From: Oceanispirochaeta sp.
Lineage (GTDB): Bacteria; Spirochaetota; Spirochaetia; DSM-2461
DNA: 64,000 nucleotides
Assembly (NCBI GenBank): GCA_963666275.2
Contig: CAXXOA010000001.1
Location: 416,001-480,000, forward strand
Reading direction: 5' to 3'
Positions 44,007-51,944 of the stretch are shown piece after piece; the stretch's first letter is position 1, and each line of letters starts with the position of its first letter. The notes below the pieces were generated by a model, which saw only the letters and a program-made list of their open reading frames with translations, was not told the origin of the DNA and did no database searches. Position numbers and translations under genes: made by a program.

Positions 44007-47000
44007 ATGAATTTAACAGAAACAGTAGTCCGCCGTCCTGTGACGGTAATTATATTATTTGCCCTTTTTATCGGGCTTGCGGCTTTTCTTGTCCCCTCAA
44101 TTCCGGTAGAGCTTTTTCCGGATATGGAAATGCCTGTTATTATGATCAATACCCAGTACACCGGAGCCGGTCCGGAGGATGTGGAACGCAATATCACGGA
44201 AGTTCTGGAACAGCAGCTCTCAAATGTGAGTGATCTTGAATCTATCTCCTCTACCTCATCCGAGGGGTACAGCAGAATCAGTATGGAGTTTGACTACTCC
44301 AAGGATCTTGACGAAGCAACCAGTGACATCCGGGATAAACTGGAGATGGTTTCGGGTATGCTGCCCGATGAAGCGGGGAGCCCCACTATATTTAAGATGA
44401 ACAGCGATAATATGCCTATTATGACTCTGGCTGTGCTGGGAGACCTTTCCCAGAACGAGCTGCGGTCCATTGCGGAAGACTCGGTAGAGCCCCTCCTAGA
44501 AAGGATCGGAGGTGTTGCATCTGTCTCTGTTCAGGGAGGACAGGATGAGATCATTCAGGTAAATGTATCTCAGAACCGTCTGGAAGCCTACAACCTGACC
44601 CTGACGAGTGTAGCCAGTGCTCTGGACAGTCAGAACTATCAGGTAGGTTCTGGGAGTATACGGGAAGGAATGACCGAATACCTGATCAGAACCGATGCCG
44701 AGTTTGATACACTGGAAGATATTGAAAACGTTGTGGTCAGTTATACCTCTGTCGGATCAGATTCGGATTTGAAGGAGATCCTTCTGAAGGATCTGGCCGA
44801 TGTGGTAAGAACCAATACGGATGAGGACAACCGGGTTTATATCAATAGCGAATACGGAGTAACCCTTTCTATTCAGAAAGAGTCGGATGCCAACAGTATC
44901 TCTGTTTCTGACAGCGTGACCGCCAGTCTGGTTTCAATCAGTGAGGATCTGCCCGACGGAGTGGATGTTCTGGTGCTTTCTGACGATTCCACCGAAGTGG
45001 AATCCATCATGCAGCAGACCTATATTTCTCTTTTTCAGGGAGTCCTTCTTGCGATGCTGGTACTGTTCCTCTTTCTCAGAAGTTGGTCCAGTACTCTTAT
45101 CATCGCTTTTTCCATCCCCCTGTCGATATTTATCACAATCCTTTTTATGTACTTCATGGGGCTGACAATCAACCTGATGACTTTGACTGGCCTGATTCTG
45201 GGACTGGGAATGGTTGTAGACGGTTCCATTGTTATCCAAGAGAATATTTTCAAGTTCCGGGAACGGGGAACCAAGCTGGCTTCATCGGCTATTCTGGGAA
45301 GCCGGGAAATGGTGATGTCCATTACCGCTTCAACTCTTACCACTGTCTGTGTATTTATTCCCATTATCCTGTTTGCGGATGATCTGGGCATGATCGGACA
45401 GATTTTCCGTTCCCTTTCCTGGACAATAATCATTGCCCTCTCAGTTTCACTTTTGGTGGCTCTGACATTTGTTCCTACCATGTCTGCCAACTATCTCAAG
45501 GTGTACACAAGAAAGCAGAGACCCCTGAAAGTCCGGGCGCTTGTCAAAGCGGATCAGGCTTTTGAAAAAGCCTTTGGCGGGCTGGATCGGGGATATGAGA
45601 AACTTCTGAGCCGACTGATGGATCATAAAGGAAAGGTCCTGATTCTGGTGGCTCTTCTTCTATTTCTGGCAATCCGCGGATTTGCCAATATGGGAATTAT
45701 TCTGGCGCCGCCTATGAGTGAGGACTCTGTTACGGTCTCCATGACTCTGCCTCAGGGAACTCCGCTGGATGAAACTGAGCAGTATATCCTGCAGCTGGCT
45801 TCGGTTGTGGAGGAAACAGGTGGATACGAGAACATGATTGTAACAGCAGGCGGTTCCAGCAGAATGGGAGGTAGTTCCAGCAGCAATGAAGCAACCATTG
45901 AAATCACTCTCCCAGAATATAAGGAACAAACTGTTAGTGCTACGGATCTCAAGAGTATCCTCCGGAGCCATTTTAATGACTTTCCTGCGGCAGAAGTGGA
46001 GTTTTCTTCCCGGGGACCCGGATTGGGAAATGATAATCCGGTGGATATTCTGATCAAGTCGGAAGACATGGACGGTGCTGTGGAGTTTGCGGAAGAACTG
46101 AAACAGATGATTACGGACAATCTGCCTGGTGTGACAGAACCGGCAACCGATATGGATGAAGGAATCCCTGAGCTGGAAGTGGTTATTGATCGTCAGCGGG
46201 CCTATAACCTGGGGCTGGATATGTATTCCGTTGCCAATGAAATCAGTGCCAGCATGAACGGAACGACCGCCACAACATACAGAGTCGGCGGAGAAGAGCT
46301 CGACGTAGAGCTGATACTGCAGGAAGAGGATAAAAGCAGTGTTCCCGATCTTAATAAGATATTTGTTGTGAACAGTTCCGGAACAAGTATTGCGGTCTCC
46401 AATGTAGCTTATCTTGAAAAATCAGTTGGTCCGGTCTCAATCAACAGAGAAGATGAAATGCGGACCGTCCATGTCACCGGCGGTCTCTCCGACGGGTATG
46501 CCTCTACGGATGCCCAGAGAGATATTATGGAAATGATAGAAACCAGGATGGTCGTTCCCGACGGGATCGTATACAGCCTGGGAGGAGACTTCAGGGACAT
46601 TTCCGAAACGGGAAGCCAGCTGATGATCGTCGGCGTCATTGCCATCCTGCTTGTTTTCGGTATCATGGCGGCCCAGTTCGAGTCCCTGAAGGATCCTTTT
46701 ATTATCTTCTTCACCATTCCCCTGATGCTCATCGGTGTGGTGGCGTTCTACACCTTTTCGGGGCAGACCTTCAGCCTGATGTCGGCGGTGGGGCTGGTTG
46801 TTCTTGTAGGACTGGTTGTGAACAGCGGTATCGTCCTTGTGGACTATACAAACCTGCTGCTGAAACGGGGCTATAAGCTGAGAGACGCCTGTATCGCCGC
46901 TGGAGGCAGCCGGCTGAGGCCCATTCTGATGACTACGGCTACGACCATACTGGGAATGTTCCCTCTGGCGTTTTTCGGCGCCGCCGGAACCGAGCAGGTT

Positions 47001-47108
47001 CAGCCCATTGCCCAGACTATTATCGGCGGTCTTCTGGCCAGTTCGATTATGACTCTATTTGTTACCCCCGTACTGTTCGCGGTTATGAACAGAAGGAAAT
47101 ATGCATGA
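44007..47108 (+). CDS. RND efflux permease (AcrB/HAE1, SwrC-like)
   Basis: 1033 aa with VRRPV, GAGPEDVE, GMVVDGSIV, QFES..DPF and RLRPILMT motifs. Confidence 0.95.
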   Translation: MNLTETVVRRPVTVIILFALFIGLAAFLVPSIPVELFPDMEMPVIMINTQYTGAGPEDVERNITEVLEQQLSNVSDLESISSTSSEGYSRISMEFDYSKDLDEATSDIRDKLEMVSGMLPDEAGSPTIFKMNSDNMPIMTLAVLGDLSQNELRSIAEDSVEPLLERIGGVASVSVQGGQDEIIQVNVSQNRLEAYNLTLTSVASALDSQNYQVGSGSIREGMTEYLIRTDAEFDTLEDIENVVVSYTSVGSDSDLKEILLKDLADVVRTNTDEDNRVYINSEYGVTLSIQKESDANSISVSDSVTASLVSISEDLPDGVDVLVLSDDSTEVESIMQQTYISLFQGVLLAMLVLFLFLRSWSSTLIIAFSIPLSIFITILFMYFMGLTINLMTLTGLILGLGMVVDGSIVIQENIFKFRERGTKLASSAILGSREMVMSITASTLTTVCVFIPIILFADDLGMIGQIFRSLSWTIIIALSVSLLVALTFVPTMSANYLKVYTRKQRPLKVRALVKADQAFEKAFGGLDRGYEKLLSRLMDHKGKVLILVALLLFLAIRGFANMGIILAPPMSEDSVTVSMTLPQGTPLDETEQYILQLASVVEETGGYENMIVTAGGSSRMGGSSSSNEATIEITLPEYKEQTVSATDLKSILRSHFNDFPAAEVEFSSRGPGLGNDNPVDILIKSEDMDGAVEFAEELKQMITDNLPGVTEPATDMDEGIPELEVVIDRQRAYNLGLDMYSVANEISASMNGTTATTYRVGGEELDVELILQEEDKSSVPDLNKIFVVNSSGTSIAVSNVAYLEKSVGPVSINREDEMRTVHVTGGLSDGYASTDAQRDIMEMIETRMVVPDGIVYSLGGDFRDISETGSQLMIVGVIAILLVFGIMAAQFESLKDPFIIFFTIPLMLIGVVAFYTFSGQTFSLMSAVGLVVLVGLVVNSGIVLVDYTNLLLKRGYKLRDACIAAGGSRLRPILMTTATTILGMFPLAFFGAAGTEQVQPIAQTIIGGLLASSIMTLFVTPVLFAVMNRRKYA

Positions 47109-47401
47109 CACGACTGGAAATTATTGCCAATAATTCGGTGGAAGCGGATATCCGGGACGCCCTGAACCGGGTGGAACAGGATTTTCATTTTTCAAGGCTC
47201 AATGCGGTTCACGGCCGGGGGGGCAGCGATCCCAAAGAGGGGAACGCCGTCTGGCCCGAGGAGAACTTCATCTACATAATTTATACGGATGATGAAACAG
47301 CCGGGAAGTTTCTTGAAGCCCTCAGGGAAGTGAAGAAACAGTTCACTCTGGAGGGAATCAAGGTGTTCGCCATCCCCTTCGCAGAGCCTGTGGATATTTA
47401 G
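47105..47401 (+). CDS. PG0541-family transporter-associated protein (PII-like fold)
   Basis: 98 aa with HGRG..DP..G.AVWP..N. ATGA overlap with the RND permease. Confidence 0.75.
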   Translation: MTRLEIIANNSVEADIRDALNRVEQDFHFSRLNAVHGRGGSDPKEGNAVWPEENFIYIIYTDDETAGKFLEALREVKKQFTLEGIKVFAIPFAEPVDI

Positions 47402-47409
47402 CTTTCCTT

Positions 47410-47440
47410 CCGGCCCCTCTCCTGCAGGGTGAGGGGCCGG
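47410..47440. repeat. GC-rich hairpin (CCCTCTCC-class REP-like element or possible terminator)
   Basis: 10-bp stem CCGGCCCCTC...GAGGGGCCGG. Degenerate copies close the 133-bp units. Confidence 0.6.
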
Positions 47441-47444
47441 GATC

Positions 47445-47816
47445 TCTGAGGATAAGAGACGCGATGAATCGCGTCTGTACGGGGGGCATGGCTGATAAGA
47501 TATCTTCTGGAAAGTGAGCTGCTTTTTTCCCTCTCCTTTCATCCCCCGGTTTCTCTCCTGCAGAGAGAGGGAAGATTTCTGAGGATAAGAGACGCGATTC
47601 ATCGCGTCTGTACGGGGGGCATAGCTGATAAGATATCTTCTGGAAAGTGAGCTGCTTTTTTCCCTCTCCTTTCATCCCCCGGTTTCTCTCCTGCTGAGAG
47701 AGGGAAGATTTCTGAGGATAAGAGACGCGATGAATCGCGTCTGTACGGGGGGCATGGCTGATAAGATATCTTCTGGAAAGTGAGCTGCTTTTTTTCCTCT
47801 CCTTTCATCCCCCGGT
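47445..47816. repeat. Tandem array of about 2.8 x 133-bp units, each carrying a REP-like palindrome
   Basis: Units start at 47445, 47578 and 47711 and are nearly identical. Each contains AGACGCGAT-NN-ATCGCGTCT-GTAC. Confidence 0.95.
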
Positions 47817-47893
47817 CCCTGAGCGGAGCCGAGAGTGGCTTTCTGTTGCCTTCATTCCTTTTATCCCCGGTCCCTGAGCGGAGCCGAAGGGGA
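47814..47893. repeat. Two copies of GGTCCCTGAGCGGAGCCGA (REP-like), 55 bp apart
   Basis: Exact 19-mers at 47814-47832 and 47869-47887, each preceded by CCTTT(C/T)ATCC. Confidence 0.85.
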
Positions 47894-47958
47894 GTCTTAT
47901 GTTTATAAAGCAATGATTTGCTTGTAATCTTCTGCTGATTGTGGGTATTTTTAAGTAT

Positions 47959-48675
47959 ATGGAACCGAAAAGCACAAAGATCTATCACTATCTGGAGCGT
48001 AAAATCATCAAAGGGGACTATAAACCCGGCGACAAGCTTCCCTCGGAGTCAGAACTTTGTAAAAAATTTAAAGTCTCCCGGGGGCCTGTGAGGGCTGCTC
48101 TGGATCAATTGACCGCCATAGGACTGGTGTCCAAGAAGAAGGGCGGGGGATCCTTTGTCTGTGAGCAGGACTCTTCCAGTTATTTCAACTCTGTTCTCCC
48201 GACGCTTCGGTTCAATACAAGGGATTACAGGGAGATCCTGGAACTCCGCTGTTCCCTGGATAAAATGAGCATAGAACTGTGCCTTGAAAATCATAATGCC
48301 AACGACTACTCCGAGCTGGCTGAGATTATGGCAGCCATGGAAAGAGAGCACACCATAGACGAATATTTCAGTCTGGACAGAACTTTTCATACTATCCTGT
48401 CGGGCCTGTCGGGCAACCGGCTGCTCCATAACTTCAATCTCCTTATCTGGGATCTTCTTCAGCACTGTCCCAGAGAGGAGTACTATGCGGAAAGCCGGGA
48501 GGTCAGGGTCGCTGAACATCGCAGAATCTATGACAGTATCCGGGACAATGATGCGGAACTGGCCGTCCTCTACACCCTCAGGCATCTGAAAAGGATGCTC
48601 AATCAGGATCAGCAGCAGCAGGATCCTTCCGAAGATTCCCACAGATGGAATCCCTGGCTCTACGATACCCTTTAA
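47959..48675 (+). CDS. GntR/FadR-family transcriptional regulator
   Basis: PGDKLPSESEL...VSRGPVRAAL winged HTH, and an FCD domain with FH...SGN and EH..IY. Confidence 0.92.
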   Translation: MEPKSTKIYHYLERKIIKGDYKPGDKLPSESELCKKFKVSRGPVRAALDQLTAIGLVSKKKGGGSFVCEQDSSSYFNSVLPTLRFNTRDYREILELRCSLDKMSIELCLENHNANDYSELAEIMAAMEREHTIDEYFSLDRTFHTILSGLSGNRLLHNFNLLIWDLLQHCPREEYYAESREVRVAEHRRIYDSIRDNDAELAVLYTLRHLKRMLNQDQQQQDPSEDSHRWNPWLYDTL

Positions 48676-48793
48676 GTTCACAGCTTTTACTCTTCGAATC
48701 CTCCCTTTTTTTCTCATTATCAGTGAACCAACCCGGTCAAAAATGAATTTTACAGAATTAATTTTACAGGATAGAAAAACCCATGATATTATC

Positions 48794-48810
48794 AACTTGT
48801 AGTACAGGTT
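48794..48810 (+). promoter_or_regulatory. FadR/GntR-type operator overlapping the permease promoter
   Basis: Palindrome AACTTGTA-G-TACAGGTT (one mismatch), just downstream of TTTACA-18 bp-(TGa)TATTAT. Confidence 0.7.
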
Positions 48811-48897
48811 TAAATAAAAAGGGGCTTTATTCTCTCTCTTTGGAGTAAAGTTTGTGATCTGTATTACAGAAAAAACCGTTTTTGGAGGATTTATTGT

Positions 48898-50283
48898 ATG
48901 GGTTTAGTAATGATCCTGCTCCTTGTCGTCTCGATTATCCTAATCGTGGTGGCTACTTCTGTTTATAAGCTGCATCCTTTCATTGCCCTGATTTTTGCAG
49001 CCCTTTTTGTCGGTCTGGGAGCGTCTGCTCTGGGACAGTTCGATGTCATGGAGGTTGAGGCCACGATCCGGTCCGGTTTCGGAGGCATCCTCGCCTATAT
49101 CGGTATTGTGATTGTTCTGGGAACAATCATCGGTGTATTCCTGGAAAAATCCGGTGCCGCATTGAAAATGGCCGACACTATTCTGAAAGCAGTGGGGCCT
49201 AAAAGACCGGGACTGGCCATGAGCATCATCGGATGGTTTGTATCCATTCCTGTTTTCTGCGACTCCGGTTATGTCATCCTTTCCGCTCTGAGAAAGTCTG
49301 TAACTCATAAAGCCAAAGTCTCTGCGACTATGATGAGTGTGGCTCTGGCAACAGGTCTGTATGCTTCCCATACTCTTGTTCCTCCCACGCCCGGCCCCAT
49401 TGCGGCCGCAGGAAACCTGGGCCTGGAAGACAGCCTGGGTCTGGTTATTATCTTCGGCGGAATCATCTCCATTTTCACCATGCTGGCCGGTTTCTTCTGG
49501 GCTAAATACATCGGCGGTAAAATCCAGATTCAGGAAGATCTGGACAACGCGGAAGCCTGGAAAAAGGGTCTGGATCTGGAAGAAGAGCTGATTGAAGAAA
49601 AATACGGCAAACTGCCCTCGGGTTTTATGGCATTTGCTCCTATCCTCATTCCCATTATTCTCATTGCCCTGGGAACCATAGCCTCTTTCCCCGGAAACCT
49701 GATGGGAACCGGATTTATCGCAAACTTCTTCAAGTTCTTCGGTAAGCCCGTTATGGCGCTTCTTGTGGGATTTTTCTTTGCTCTGGGACTGGCTCCCAAG
49801 CTGAACGAAGAAGTGCTTATGAAATGGATTGGAGAAGGCATCAAGATCGCCGGTCCCATTATCCTGATCACCGGAGCCGGCGGTGCTTTCGGAGCTATAA
49901 TCAAAGCCACTCCCGTGGCCGCCTATCTGGGTGATTCCATGAGCGGATGGAGCGTTGGTATCCTTGTTCCCTTCTTTATCGCGGCAGCTCTTAAAACCGC
50001 CCAGGGTTCTTCTACCACGGCGCTGGTGACAACCTCTGCTCTGATGGCTCCGCTCCTGGGATCACTGGGACTGGATTCCACCATCGGCGCGGTTCTGACA
50101 GTTATGAGTATTGGTGCGGGAGCCATGACAGTTTCTCATGCCAACGACTCCTACTTCTGGGTTGTGGCCCAGTTTACAGGTATGGATGTTAAAACGGCCT
50201 ATAAGTCTCAGACCATGGCGACCCTCATTCAGGGTGTGGTGACCATTATTATTGTCACAATCCTGTCGTTTATTCTGCTGTAA
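48898..50283 (+). CDS. GntP-family permease, copy 1
   Basis: KLHPF, LEKSGAA, IPVFCDSG, VPPTPGP, AQGSST and SHANDSYFWVV motifs. Confidence 0.93.
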   Translation: MGLVMILLLVVSIILIVVATSVYKLHPFIALIFAALFVGLGASALGQFDVMEVEATIRSGFGGILAYIGIVIVLGTIIGVFLEKSGAALKMADTILKAVGPKRPGLAMSIIGWFVSIPVFCDSGYVILSALRKSVTHKAKVSATMMSVALATGLYASHTLVPPTPGPIAAAGNLGLEDSLGLVIIFGGIISIFTMLAGFFWAKYIGGKIQIQEDLDNAEAWKKGLDLEEELIEEKYGKLPSGFMAFAPILIPIILIALGTIASFPGNLMGTGFIANFFKFFGKPVMALLVGFFFALGLAPKLNEEVLMKWIGEGIKIAGPIILITGAGGAFGAIIKATPVAAYLGDSMSGWSVGILVPFFIAAALKTAQGSSTTALVTTSALMAPLLGSLGLDSTIGAVLTVMSIGAGAMTVSHANDSYFWVVAQFTGMDVKTAYKSQTMATLIQGVVTIIIVTILSFILL

Positions 50284-50306
50284 AAGAGAAAATCATTTGT
50301 AATCAG

Positions 50307-50342
50307 GGGCTATGACGGGAAACTGTCATAGCCCTTTTTTTT
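50307..50342 (+). terminator. Rho-independent terminator
   Basis: GGGCTATGACGG-GAAA-CTGTCATAGCCC followed by T8. Confidence 0.9.
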
Positions 50343-50483
50343 CTGCATTCTCTATATTTAACATGCCGGGAGAGGTGGAAAGGGTCTTAAGACGGAGTTT
50401 CACTTCCCATCAGCGCAATATTCCGTTTTCAATAGAAAAATCTGTGTTACCATGGTTAGAAAATAGAGAAAACGGAGGAATAA

Positions 50484-51863
50484 ATGGGTCTGGTTCTGGT
50501 ACTCCTTCTAGTGGCTTCGATTGCTTTGCTGGTGGCGGCCACTTCAATTTTAAAGCTGCATCCCTTTATCTCTCTCATTTTTGCCTCTCTTCTGCTGGGG
50601 CTCGGTTCCGCCGCCTTCGGCATTATTGATATCATGACTGTTGAATCCTCTATCCGGGAAGGGTTTGGAACGATACTGAGCCATATCGGGATTGTGATTG
50701 TTCTGGGTTCCATCATCGGGGTGTTTCTGGAAAAGTCCGGAGGGGCTATCAGAATTGCCGATACGGTTATCCGGATCCTCGGGCCGAAACATCCCGAACT
50801 GGCAATGAGTATCATCGGATGGCTTGTTTCCATTCCGGTTTTCTGTGATTCGGGCTTTATTATTCTCAATGCCATGAGAAAGTCTCTGACCAGAAAAACA
50901 CATGCCAGAGCCGCCGGTATGAGCATCGCTCTGGCTTCAGGACTCTATGCTTCCCATACTCTGGTTCCCCCGACTCCCGGGCCCGTCGCCGCAGCAGGAA
51001 ATCTGGGGCTTCAGAACAGTCTGGGGTCGGTGGTCCTTTTCGGGATTTTCATCTCTTTGATTCCCATGCTGGGAGGGTTCTTCTGGGCCCGGTTCATAGG
51101 ACGCCGGGTGGAAACCAGGGAAGATCTTATCAATGCAGAATTCTTCCGCAGCGGTTTGAATAAAGAGAGGGAGGTTACCAGCCTTTATGGAACCCTGCCT
51201 TCGGCCTTCCTCTCATTCTGTCCTATTGTTATTCCCATTTTTCTGATTGCCCTGGGTACCATTGTGACCATTCCCTCCGTGCAGAGCTCTCTGGGCGTTG
51301 TATCGGGAGTACTCCTGTTTCTGGGAAATCCTTTTACAGCCCTGCTCATCGGTTTTCTTTTTGCCCTGGCTCTGGCTCCCGGTCTGAACGAAGAGGTCCT
51401 TATGAAGTGGATCGGATCGGGCATCAAAATCGCCGGACCCATCATTCTTATCACCGGAGCCGGAGGGGCCTTCGGGGCTATCATCAAATCCACCCCCATC
51501 GCCTATTACCTGGGCACCAGCATGAGCCGCTGGCATCTGGGGATATTTCTTCCCTTTCTTCTGGCGGCAGCCTTAAAAACAGCCCAGGGGTCTACAACCA
51601 CCACCATGGTGACAGCCTCTGCTCTTATGGCACCCCTTCTGGACTCTCTGGGGCTCGGCACTCCCGTAGGAACTCTCCTTACCGTTATGAGCATCGGAGC
51701 GGGAGCTATGACTGTCTCCCATGCCAATGATTCCTACTTCTGGGTGGTGGCCGAGTTTACAGGAATGGATATCAAGTCGGCCTATAAATCCCATACCACA
51801 GCCACGGCCATTCAGGGAGGGCTCTCGTTCCTGACAGTCCTGTTTCTTTCTGTGGTCCTCTGA
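50484..51863 (+). CDS. GntP-family permease, copy 2 (tandem paralog)
   Basis: Carries the same motifs as copy 1 and is collinear with it over its full length. Confidence 0.93.
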   Translation: MGLVLVLLLVASIALLVAATSILKLHPFISLIFASLLLGLGSAAFGIIDIMTVESSIREGFGTILSHIGIVIVLGSIIGVFLEKSGGAIRIADTVIRILGPKHPELAMSIIGWLVSIPVFCDSGFIILNAMRKSLTRKTHARAAGMSIALASGLYASHTLVPPTPGPVAAAGNLGLQNSLGSVVLFGIFISLIPMLGGFFWARFIGRRVETREDLINAEFFRSGLNKEREVTSLYGTLPSAFLSFCPIVIPIFLIALGTIVTIPSVQSSLGVVSGVLLFLGNPFTALLIGFLFALALAPGLNEEVLMKWIGSGIKIAGPIILITGAGGAFGAIIKSTPIAYYLGTSMSRWHLGIFLPFLLAAALKTAQGSTTTTMVTASALMAPLLDSLGLGTPVGTLLTVMSIGAGAMTVSHANDSYFWVVAEFTGMDIKSAYKSHTTATAIQGGLSFLTVLFLSVVL

Positions 51864-51944
51864 TTTTTCTCTTATACTTTATGAGAAAGGGAATCCTTTA
51901 AAAAATACAATAAAACCGCAGGAGATACCGGAGGGGAATCTGAA

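Noticed and set aside
47445..47816. Possible CRISPR array (regularly spaced palindromic repeats)
   Set aside because: The intervening sequences are near-identical rather than unique spacers, the period is 133 bp, and there are no cas genes in the window.
47192..47988. Three minus-strand ORFs sharing MKGEGKKQLTFQKISYQ
   Set aside because: These are translations of the 133-bp DNA repeat in shifting frames, with no protein-family features.
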